Assembly (NCBI RefSeq): GCF_036321535.1
Contig: NC_087437.1
Span: 35,838,001 to 35,902,000 of the forward strand
Source of the DNA: Camelus dromedarius
Taxonomy: Eukaryota
Direction of reading: 5' to 3'
DNA length: 64,000 bases
In this document: positions 52,975 through 64,000 of the stretch, piece by piece
How the letters are laid out: each line of letters opens with the position of its first letter
Position numbering within the stretch: the stretch's first letter is position 1
Notes under the pieces: model-generated
Told to the model about the DNA's origin: nothing
The model's input: only the letters and a program-made list of their open reading frames with translations
The model's database searches: none
Position numbers and translations under genes: made by a program

Positions 52975-53350
52975 TGCGCTAAGTGATTTTAAGGTGTTAT
53001 TGTCATGTAACATACTATCTCAGAACAGTGACTTAAAGCAATAAGCACTTATTTGGCTCATGAGTTGGCAGGTCAGTGGGGCAGTTTTTTAGCTCTGAGC
53101 CAGGCTCAGTTGATCTTAGCTGGGCTTCTTGTGTATCTGCAGTAAATAAGTAGAGGGTCATGGGTCTACAATTATAAGCAGGCTAGCCTGGGTTTATTCA
53201 CATGGTAGTGGTAAATTTCCAAGAAAGTGAGTGTATACTCTGAAAATTCTTGAGTCCTGGTCATAGAACTGGCTCACTGTTGCTTATATTACATTCTATT
53301 AGCCAAAACATGTCACCAGAAGAAGAATAGAAAATTCATCCTCATCTTTT
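52975..53350 (-). mobile_element. Old MaLR LTR (MLT1H/I/J-like)
   Basis: 'gtgacttaaagcaataagcacttatttggctcatgag...gcaggctagcctgggtttattcacatgg...acattctattagccaaa'. Confidence 0.7.
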
Positions 53351-54854
53351 AATTCAATGCTTCATAAGAACCTATAAGTCCCTTTAAATAGAGATACCTG
53401 TACGAGATCTATGAGGCTTAGAATTTGTAAAATCATTAATACTGTGTATCTTAAGCTGACGTTTTCTCAACGGATACTGTGTGGTTGTAGAATTCCACAA
53501 ATAAAATTTAGAAGGAAAATATTCTAAGCCATTCATTACACAGCCACATTATTAAAACACTGCTGATTTACTAAATCAGCGTTTTAAAATACCAATCCAA
53601 AATCCAAATTCTCTTACATTAGTCATAAAAATTTCTTCAAATGTAAATTTTTAAATAAAATAATTATAATCAGTTTTATTGACATTTGATAGCTTTGACT
53701 TTAATGACAAAGAAATTTGTCTAAACACTCAGCTTTTGTCCTGTTAATAATCTTTTATTGATAGATGTTTTTGTTTCCTTTCCTTAGTTTAGTATTTTGC
53801 ACATATACTTTGTTAAATATTTAACTGCAACATAGTACTTGTAAATAAGACAATTTTGAAAACTGAATATATGAATCTGTATACAAATTAAGAAAGAAAA
53901 TAAAGGTTTTAGGTATTGAGTTAATTTTGTTAGAAAAATGACTTCAAATTTTTGTAAGTTGAGCTCTAAACTTTTCTTCCTAGATTTTTCTCATATTTAG
54001 ACCTTAAGTTTAATTTTGAGGGTATTAATTCACATTAGAAAATCATGAGTGTAGCACACGTTACTACTCCAAGTAACTACATGATATGATTTATTATGCA
54101 AGCATTTCTGTCCTCCTCTTGTGTTCTCTAAGTTTCCTTAGAATGTCCAGTAAGTTTTCGTGTTGAATATGACTGAACACAAGCATCCATGGTCAAAGTG
54201 AGGGGAACTTGGATACCACGGTTTTAAAGAAAGCTAAAATAAACTCCGGTTTCTGAAGTACACATCAATTCTCCAAACAGCTAATATCCCGGATAGTTTT
54301 TTTTTTAATGTAAATGCTTTTAGGCAACAAAGAAAGGAATTTTTTTTTCCCCAAAGTATAAGTAGGTAGCCAGATAATTAAGTAGAGCCCTTACGTTGGC
54401 TTTGTATATTGAGGGCATTTGCCAAAGTGAACTTAAAATTTAGTCTTTCACCGCCCCGCAGGAATTGGGATCCAGGAGGAAAAACCCAGGGTCCGTGTAA
54501 TGTAGGGAGTCTAGAAGGAAAGTCTCTCCTCAGAAAATAGGTTTCAAGTCTGTACCCTCAATTGAAGAGTAAGTAAGAAATAAACCTGGCCCACCCCAGC
54601 CAGGGGACATCAAGGAGTCCAAGTATTTTGATCATGGAGAGGCAACAACCCAACAGGATCACCACTGATGAATGGAAAACACACATGGTCCATCCCCGCC
54701 TCGGATGTATAGTCTGCAGTCATCTCATCTGGCTGGCCCCCAAACTCACGAAGATTAGAATTTAATTTAGAGCTATGGCAGAGAAAGCATTCCTTTCAGG
54801 GTACAATGTTCTTTCAGACAATAGTGTACTGTTGAACTGCTTAGAGGGAAACTC

Positions 54855-55020
54855 TCCAGTCATCTTGTATGATTAGAATCCTGGTTCTGTTTTCCCTCTA
54901 CCTATGTGATTTAGGCTAAATTATTTAATCTCCTTTTTGCTTTGTCTTTTTTATTTGCAAAATAAGAATTAAGTGAGTTATTTTTGGAAGTCCTTAGATA
55001 ATTATTTGATGCGTGTAAAA
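54855..55020 (+). mobile_element. MIR fragment
   Basis: 'gaatcctggttctg...ctatgtgatttaggctaaattatttaatctc...ttatttgcaaaataagaat'. Confidence 0.6.
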
Positions 55021-56849
55021 ATACAGCTTACCTGCTACTTCAAAATATTAGTGCATCTATGTTACAAATAATACATGCCATCATGGAATTAATAGCATTA
55101 CAATTGGGAAAATAAAGATTTTGATGATAGAAACTTCAGTTCCAGACCAGTTAACTTGGTAAATTAGATTTTTTAAAAATCAAGCATAAAAATTTGTGAC
55201 TATCTTCTGTCTGATCAAGTATTTGAGACATGTATCTGATATTATTCTAAGGCCTTTAACTTCACTATTGACTGGGATAGTTATATCATTTGTATTAAGG
55301 GACTTAGATCACATTTAGTTGATGAACAGACTAATAATGTCAGGAACAATCGATTTAAATAGTTTTGAAAGGTAAAAAAAATTTAAAGCCTAGAGGAAAA
55401 TGTTAAAAAGCAAATAGAATATTGTGCCAATGAGGGGAAAAAATATTTTTAATGTTGTTTGATCAAAATCTTTATAGAATCAGCAGTGAAACAAAAGTGT
55501 ATATATGCATAATGATGGTACAATTACCAATTTAAATATTGAATTTAGTACTACCAGGAAGCAATTAATAGCTTAGCTCAGAAGCAACAATAGAAGATAA
55601 AAAGTTGTGAAAATGGAAAAATCCAGGTGATTTACTAGGATACAGTTGCATATATATGTATAAGTTAAATGAGAATCTAAAGTACAGTGTGAATTATATA
55701 TTGTTACACAATTAAATGTTAAGAAACATTTCAAAGTCACTGTTGTGAATAATCCTTAAAGAGTATGTAAGTAGTAACATTAGAAATATAATGATCAGTT
55801 CTTGAGAATAGTTTAGAGACAGTAGCATTTCCATTTAAAAAGAGAAGTACTTGCGAGTGTTGCTTTCAAAACTCCTACAATTCACCAAATCATTGTGTAA
55901 AAGGTAGTTAGATGTGTGACAATGTGTGAGAAGCTGAATTATATCATACTAATTAAATAAACAAGCCTCTCAGTTCTAAAGGGCATTAATTTTATTCTAA
56001 AGTGAGGGTGATAGAATAACAATTTCCTATGTGGTTACAACTATAGCAAAATACTATAAGGTTGCTCAAAATATACTTGAGTTCCTTAATGCTGTTCTTT
56101 CAAGTGCAGTTTACAATATCAAACTGCTTTTAGAACATGTAAATTAGAGATTTAAATTCTTGATTCTAAATTAATGGACTTTAGAGTGTATTGAAACTGT
56201 CTTGAGCTCATTGAAAAGAATTCTGATCACTTTCTATTTTAACAGCAAAATAAGTATAAGCTACTTGGAAAATGCCAAATGTTATTTGCAATTAAATTAA
56301 ATTTTGACAAAAATACATTTATACTATGATATATAATTCACAGGAAATGTAACAGCTTCATAAATACTGATATAATGGCATATCTTTGCTGACAGCTTAG
56401 CCTTCAGTTAGAAAAAAGAAATTATTCTTATTGCAAAGAATCAGGAAAATTTCATTCTTACCCTAAGTCATCTTTTTTTCCTTTATAATAATAGCAGTAT
56501 TATTGAAGGACACAGAATGTGTACACACACCATTATGTCATCAATCAGAACAACTGCTGTTTTCCTAACTTGAACTTTCAGAATGTCAAAGTTATTTCAA
56601 ATTCAATTACAAACAGCATAGAGTTAGACTCCAGTGGCGTTCATTTTCACAAAGATTTTTTTGGGTGAAGGATGACAGGGGTATAACAACAATGTTATTT
56701 TACTTTTTAAAAAATTTACATCGAGAATTTAAGTGTAAATTGGTTAGGAAAAAAATATCCAAATTGAACAACAAAAAAAAACTGTGTAGGTTAGCTGGAC
56801 CCTTTCTTCCCCTTTATCATAATATGCCATTTGCTCTTCTATAGAAGTA

Positions 56850-56965
56850 GATGTAGAATATATATGTATATAAATATATACTCATTTATATATATAAATA
56901 AATTACTATGCTATGTATCAGAAATGAACATAATGTTGTAAATCGACTATACTTCAAAATAATTT
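56850..56965 (+). mobile_element. Very short artiodactyl-type L1 3' terminus
   Basis: 'ttactatgctatgtatcagaaatgaacataatgttgtaaatcgactatacttcaaaa', similar to the terminus at 46690-46750. Confidence 0.7.
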
Positions 56966-57616
56966 AAATGTGGATGGGAGAAGCATTTTATATTTTTATT
57001 TATTTATATTTACATGTATATTTGTACATAAATTTTATATATATTGTTATATACACATTTTATAATCAAATAGACAAAAAAGTTTAGAGATATGGGAAAG
57101 GTTTGGCCTCTTTAAAATGCAGCAATATGGAATTCAAATGACAGAACCAGCTTGGAAAATGACATGGACTGCAGAACAAGAAAATTTTTTAACACTAGAA
57201 GTCTAATGCTCTCCAAGGAAAAGAAGATGTAGAGAGGCAGAGGTAGTAGTCGAAAGTAAGAATTAAGTGGAAGTGTTTCCTATGAATAAATTGATCAACC
57301 AGAAACTGGCCATGATTATAGGAGAGATCTGAACTTTGGGATCATTCCTAAGAGTAGGAAAAGAGAACAAATCCACATGGCCTTGATGGAGGAAGAGGGC
57401 AGAAAGTTAGAAGCTCAGGGTGCTGGGGAAGTTTCTTGGGTTGAAAAGTGGACCATAAATCTCAGTTTAATAGAGCTGGAGTAAACAGTGCAAAGTGTTT
57501 TGGGTGTTCACAGCAATGAGCTAAAAACTCAAGGGAAGCCATACATAAATGACCACAGGCATCTTTTGAGTTATCCTGAAGTTCTACCCACGTAAACCAG
57601 GCATAACACATAGATT

Positions 57617-57618
<2 letters not shown>

Positions 57619-57674
<56 letters not shown>
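57619..57674. repeat. (CA)28 microsatellite
   Basis: Seen directly. Confidence 0.97.
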
Positions 57675-57678
<4 letters not shown>

Positions 57679-59519
57679 TTAATAATGTGTTTAAGTAGAG
57701 GAAATGTGAATAATTGGTTTAGACGCTATTGCGTATGTGGAAAACTTTGTCTTACCTAATCTCTAGCTAATAATCTCAAAGAGAAAAACAGTGCTGCAGT
57801 GATAGAAGCGGCAGCTACTTGATGTGCATACAGAGTGTTCAGAGGAAATGACCTGTGTCGTAACAGAAGCCTTGCAACCCCATCAACGTTCAAAAATGAT
57901 AAGTTCAGAACAGAAAGTCATAGTATTATCTCTTTAAGACGAGAGATGTAAGCAACATATATTTAACAGTATTTTTGCAGTTTGAAAAGTGTATTTTAAA
58001 TTAATATATGTTTACAAGTAAGTCAGGTTTAAATATTTTCATTCTTGGAAATTCTCAAGTATATTTTAATTTTTTTATAATGACAGTAGTAATCTTTCTT
58101 TGGTCATATTTAATATCATCAAATTCATTATTTTGCTATTTACTCTTGGGTTGGGCCTGAGATGATAATTTTTTGCTTTTTGACTGAGAAACTTTAAATC
58201 CAAGCATGCCGTTATTTTTTATACCTTACTGAACTTGATTTATTTTGTGAATACATGCTTATGGAGGACTTTCAGCTTAGACATAGATAATTGATATGGG
58301 TACTATTTTTTCTTTGAAAAGTATTAAGGTATAATCACTAACACTGAGGTCTGAGGCTTAATCAGAGATGTTAAGTAAACGGTACATTTGCTGTCTTCCA
58401 TTTCTCCCTTCTCTGGTGGAATCTGCAGTAGGGCAGAGAAGGTGGGGCCCATGGCACAGCTGAGCTATATGGACAGGTCTGGGGCAGTCCTGGAACATGG
58501 AGTAGAGGGGAGTGGTGTGATGTCTTCCTGGAAGTAGACCAGGGAAGGCTGCCTACCCGGTGGACAGTGGTCCTGGCTACACGTTAAAATCCTCTGGATT
58601 CTCTGTTGAAATACCAGTGTTGTGTTTCCCATACTTTGACATTCTGATTTAGTTTTTCTGATGGTAAAGAATACAATTAAATCAGTCTTGAACAGTAGGG
58701 TGGGGGTTGGTGTTTTTTTATTGCTTTCTGGATGATTCTAATGATCAATCAATGTTGAGAACCATGACTCTGGGAGAAGCCCTGCAGTTGGCCACATTTG
58801 GCAAGAAAGGAATGATGGCATGGCAGTGGTGTGAAGTGACTGTCTCATTAGCTCCTCGCCTCCCAAATCCAGTGTGCAGGGATCCAGATGTTTCTATGCG
58901 CCCTGGTGATGGGACTTCTGTTTCACAGAGGTCATTCAGAGGATCTGCTCAGGCAGAATCCTGATACCCATAAGCAGTGGTATGGCAAGAGATGAGTAAT
59001 AGACACCATTAAATATCAAAGACATGAGGAGAAGGATCATAGTTTGGAGGACCTAGTTCAGGGGACACACCTCTGCTACTCAGAACCAGAGAATGACACA
59101 TGTGGACCTCGCCACCCAGTGCACATAATGCCCAGTGTCCATAGACTTAGACACTTTGATACTCAGACGCAACTTGGTTCTATAATGGAGTTTAATATGA
59201 GTGTTTGCATTTGTATTGGAAATCATCAGTCCTTTAACAGGGAGCATTAAAACCTGGAAATGCTGAGATTCATAAATTTAAAGCTTATCTGATTACAGCC
59301 CTTTCTTTCACTAGGTAGGGGACTCAGAAGACAGATTAGAAAGAAATAGCTGTATTTTTATTGTGTTACATGTATAACATGATTTCACACATCCATATTC
59401 CCAAAAGAGAATTATACATTTCTTTTTAATCTTGGAGTTGAGATGGTTTTTGTTGATAAAACTGAATATAAAGATTGCTGAATTTGGAATACTGGCAACT
59501 GAAAAAAATTATTTTGGGC

Positions 59520-59680
59520 ACAGAAAGCAGATCCTAGCTCTGCCATTTGCTAGCTATGGGATGTCAGTTTTATCAGCCCTAGTTTCTGCGTTTGTAAAGT
59601 ATGAATGAGTATATATATTTTCCAAATTATTTTCAAAATGTACTAACACATGCTGAAAATACATTATTATAAACAGAAAA
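59520..59680 (+). mobile_element. MIR fragment
   Basis: 'atcctagctctgccatttgctagctatg...cctagtttctgcgtttgtaaagt'. Confidence 0.6.
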
Positions 59681-62079
59681 TAGTATGAGCATGTTTAAGT
59701 TATGTCATAGGAAATGTTGCTTCCTCTCGCCAAAGAATAGGAAATGAAATCTACCATATATGGTAGTCAGTAAATTTTTAGAACTTGCTTTATTTCAATT
59801 CAGTCCAATTATAAGCCTCAAACATGACTTATTGTACTAACTATATAAAAATCTGAAAGATATTTTTATATTTGATTAATCTCTCCTGTTAGCTCCTGTG
59901 CATAGCCATATACTCTCTCCCTCTTATAATCTATTTTCAAGAAATATGAGAAACTTCAAGAGTAAGGGTAGAATCAATTCACAGTATTATTTGCTTCATC
60001 TCTTCTATGGATGTGTATATTTAGAAAGATAAAAATAAAGATAAGGCAGGTTTTGGTTATTAAAAAAGACTGAGTTTTTTGTGATGTATGAGTTGATCAT
60101 TTCTGTTAGATATTAAATAATATTTCTTTAGACCTTGATCAATATGTGTCATAAGGGCTTTGAATTTTAAAGCGAAGCATTTGCTATCAATTTAAGGGAG
60201 AATAAAAGAGGAACACTCCATAGAGAATTTGTTTAGGCAAATAATGTTATGAATATATCAAACATGCAATTCCAGAAAGCAGTTTCTTTGTTTTAGCTCA
60301 CCATGACTTACCTACTCTTCCTTGATGGCAGTAATGTTGGTGGGCTCAGCACTGCTGTCAATTAAAATCCATGCAGGTACAGAAAGAGGGAGGTGGAAGC
60401 TAATAGAATTGACAGAATTATTGGCCCTATTTCAGTCCACAATAAACATGGAGATCTTTACTTTCAGGCATTCAGCCTTTTCTTTTCATTTCTTGTGTCA
60501 TTTATTAAATGAAACTGTCTTTCCTTTAAAAGGCAAAGGGAAAGTTCGAGCATCATTCACACATCTGCTTTGTTGGTTAGTGACATATTGTTTTGCTGTG
60601 CACAAGAACCGGGTGTCATGTATGGAATCAGAACTGGAAATTTTCAACTTTAGTGCCAGAAAATTTTAGGAAGAGGGGGAAGTTAAAAGGAAACTTACTT
60701 CCATCATCTGTTTGAAGTATTAACTTACCCTCCCAGATAAAGAAACTAATCCACTTCATTAATTGGCTTCTAAACAAATGTGTATTATGATCTGCATATT
60801 GAACTGAAACTAATGCACTGACAAAATTCTGATCATGCATCTTTCACTTGAGGCTTAAAATTGGCAGGAAGGCTTTTCAGTGAGATAGAGAATAACTTCT
60901 AGAGGGCAAGGTAAACTTTAAATGAGAGTAGAATAAAGCAAGGCAAGGTTTACTATTTCTTCATGGTAGAAAGTTGATTGTGAATATGAGGATTTCATTA
61001 CTCTTAAACTTTTATTCTGAAATAGAACTTGCAAATTGCTCATTTCTATACATCAATAACCATAATGTTTGCTATCTGTAGATGTGATATTATATTAGCT
61101 CACACATAAATCAATAATTTTAACATTCATTAATCTTTGTTTACAAAAGTGGAGTGAATTCAGTGTGTTTCATTAGGGATTTATTTTTTCAGAGAGAACA
61201 TTAGGTAAAGGCTTAACAGATGTAGAAACAAAAGAAAGTTTCATGATTACAATTATTATGTTTTTAATACATTTGTAGATATATTGCCCACATTTACCAA
61301 AAGAGTACGTCATGTAAATTATTACAGAATCGAAGATATTAGAACTAAACAAAGATATTAGAGGAGGCTCTTGGATATGATCCCATATAATCTCATTTAA
61401 CCAACAAGTAATTATAGAAAGGCAGAGTGACTTCACTGATGTTACAGAACTTATCAGTGACAGCATTTCATTTACATCTTTTTTTTTCCTCGCTATTGAT
61501 CATGATCTGGATTTGGTGCTTGAAAAGCTAAAATCCAAGTAATTACTGCTGGTGGTTGAAGAATTCTATTTGGGTGAATGGAGCGAGCTAGACTGAGATC
61601 ATTATCCAACAATTTACAGTTCTTTAAACTGCTGGTTAACCTATGTGTCTTTGAAACTAAGCATTCAAAGCCTTTTAATTGCAGAGAAACTCTTGATTTA
61701 AAAATCAGCTACTGATATGTAGGCAAATTCGTTCCCTTTTGCATACATGCTGTAAGTATCCTTCCCTTCAGTCTCCTCCCCTCTTCCCCAGTCCTGATTC
61801 CCAACAGCCATCACTGATACCATGAAATCTCTTCCTGTAGGAACAGTTATGTCATAAAGCTTGACTCATGAAACTGTTAATGGACCATTAATTTTCCCTT
61901 TGTGCTTCTAGTTTCTTCATGCAACAAAAGACTAGCTCCCTTCTGCCTTTAAAAAGGAAAACCAAATCATCTCCCAGTTTACCTCTCTTACAGCCCTGTG
62001 AAACATCTATATGTCTTTTGGTTTCATTCATTTGTTTGTTATGTCAGTTATATATTTTTGAAAATGGTAAAGAAATAGG

Positions 62080-62940
62080 ATACTGATATCACCAAGGTCT
62101 TTGAAAGTCTCTCTGTACATGTTCACAATCAGATCCCACTCTTTTTAATCCAAGGATAATCTGATTTGAATATTGTTATCATCCCTTTGCTTTACTTTAT
62201 TGTTTACTACATGTGTATTTATTAGTAAAACACATACTGTTAATTTTGCTAGTTTGGGGACTTTATGTAAGTAACATCATACATATAGTATTCCTTTGAG
62301 ACTTACATGATCAATCAACATCATATTTTTGAGATGCAGTTATAATAATGTGTAGGATGTAGTCTATACATTTTTACTGTTACACAGTATTCTATTTATG
62401 GGTACACTACTATTCATTCTTCTCCTTTCAAAATACATCTCAGTCGTTTCTAGTTTCTTGTTATTACAAGCACTATTATTGTGGTCATTCTTGTACAGGT
62501 CTTTGGTTAACGAACAAGGGTTTCTCTAGGTTATATACTTGATGTGGATTTGCTGGATCGGGGTGTGATCTTATTGAGTTTTACTAGGTAACATGAAATT
62601 GTTTTCCAAAGGGACTATATCAAGGTTCTCTTTCATCTGCAATGAATGAGTTTCTGGTGCTCTGGATCCTGGACTAATCTTGTCATTGTCTAACCTTTAG
62701 TTTTGCCAGCCTGGTGGGTTTGTAATGATTTCTTACTGTTTTCAATGGCATTGCCATAAATTCTAAAGATACTGATTATTTTATACTTATTGACCATTCA
62801 CATTTTCTCTTCTTGGAAAATCCATGTTATTTTATAATTTACCTCTTCTACTGCTTTATTTCCCATAGGTTTGCATGAGTTATTTATTTGCTATACAAAT
62901 TGTTTGACATATATGTAGCAAATATATTTTTCTTATTTTT
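62080..62940 (-). mobile_element. Old L1 (L1ME-like) 3'UTR/ORF2 remnant
   Basis: 'cattcttgtacaggtctttgg...gtttctctaggttatatactt...ttgctggatcggggtgtg...aaattgttttccaaaggg...ttttgccagcctggtggg'. Confidence 0.75.
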
Positions 62941-64000
62941 GCCCTAATTAGCAGCACTTAAAGGAACAATCACTTTTAAAAAATGCTCATTCTTATATGA
63001 GTGAAGCATTCTTAAATATGCATTAACTTAAAAAAATTTATGTGCATATGAAAATCAGGGTGACTTAGAAAGGAAATAAACGTTCTCTACAGGAAAGTCT
63101 GTATTGATATCTTAGGGCCAGCTTGAAACTGTTAATATGAAAATGTTTTATTTTGATGATATTAAAAAAATTTACTTTTACTATGCTAAATGCTTTATGT
63201 ATCTTACATATTTAAATAATAAACAGTCCCTGCAAATATATATCCAAGAAACTTGTAGCCAGATTTACCCTATGAAAATAGTAATAGATATCCACCTGCT
63301 CCTTAATGCCCCCTTTAAGGGAGAATTTCGGCCGTATCCTGTCTATTTTTCTGATGAAAGCGAATATGGTGGAAGAGTGAGGGAATCTTTGGTTATTGGA
63401 AAAGAAGATCTCCAGGTTTGCACCAATCCCTTTTTGGGTGAATTTAGCTTTTACCTATTTTCATTGCTGTGCAGGATTTTTCTCTACGCCTATCAACTCC
63501 CCACTTCCAACACAGGTATACATACTGAACATTTTTTTCTATTCAAATATAGAACTTTTATTGATTGTAAACCCATTTTTTTCTCTCTTTTTGAGAGAAA
63601 CTTTTATGGTTTTGAGAGGATAGGAGCTGACCATCACTTTATTTTTATTTTGTAACTGAAACTTTTTGTGCAGAGATGAAAATGCTGATTCTTACTGTTT
63701 TGTGCTGAAAAAAAAAAAATAAAGGTACATAGCTGTCAGAGGGCAGTGATTTTCCATCAGCAATAGGCTTGAGGAGATTCAAACTTGTGACCTGAGGGTG
63801 ATAAACTTGAGTTGCCTTCACCCAGTAGCAATCCCAAGTTTATTTCTTTATCATTTGATTGTCTTAAACTGAGTTAGAAACAGTCTATCATTTTTAGGTC
63901 AAAATGTATCTTTCTTTGTAACCTTTAAACCAAGTAAACATATTTTGAAAAATGATCTCCTTTTATAAATGAAACCTTTTATCAGTCAGATTTTAGCATA

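Noticed and set aside
63415..63515. Possible plus-strand intron 63416-63474 and 41-nt exon
   Set aside because: A 59-nt intron is below the usual mammalian minimum, and both donors (GTTTGC, GTATAC) are weak.
1..64000. CRISPR arrays, operons, prokaryotic defence or phage systems, CpG-island promoter
   Set aside because: There are no regularly spaced repeat-spacer arrays, coding density is negligible, CpG is strongly depleted throughout, and eutherian retroposons are abundant.

Overview
This is AT-rich, repeat-rich, non-coding mammalian DNA, either intergenic or from inside a large intron. It is not prokaryotic. It is most likely camelid (alpaca/llama/camel), inferred from four tRNA-derived SINEs of Vic-1 type and artiodactyl-type L1 3' ends. 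I can support no protein-coding gene, RNA gene or CRISPR array. The ORF track is explained by repeats, microsatellites, the 200-N gap (48557-48756) and chance. The window is mainly a record of old transposon insertions: MIR, L2, L1, MaLR (MLT1), ERV solo LTRs, hAT-Charlie and Tigger MITEs, many with readable target-site duplications (TSDs) and several nested. Repeat family names come from recalled consensus sequences and need RepeatMasker/Dfam confirmation. The items most worth follow-up are: a short interstitial telomeric array (5491-5540); three apparently 5'-inverted (twin-primed) L1 insertions; a nested inverted repeat in apparently transposon-free DNA (25322-25521); two transposon-poor candidate regulatory blocks; and a few strong minus-strand splice-site pairs that might belong to a lncRNA. 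I found no convincing evidence of a new biological system.
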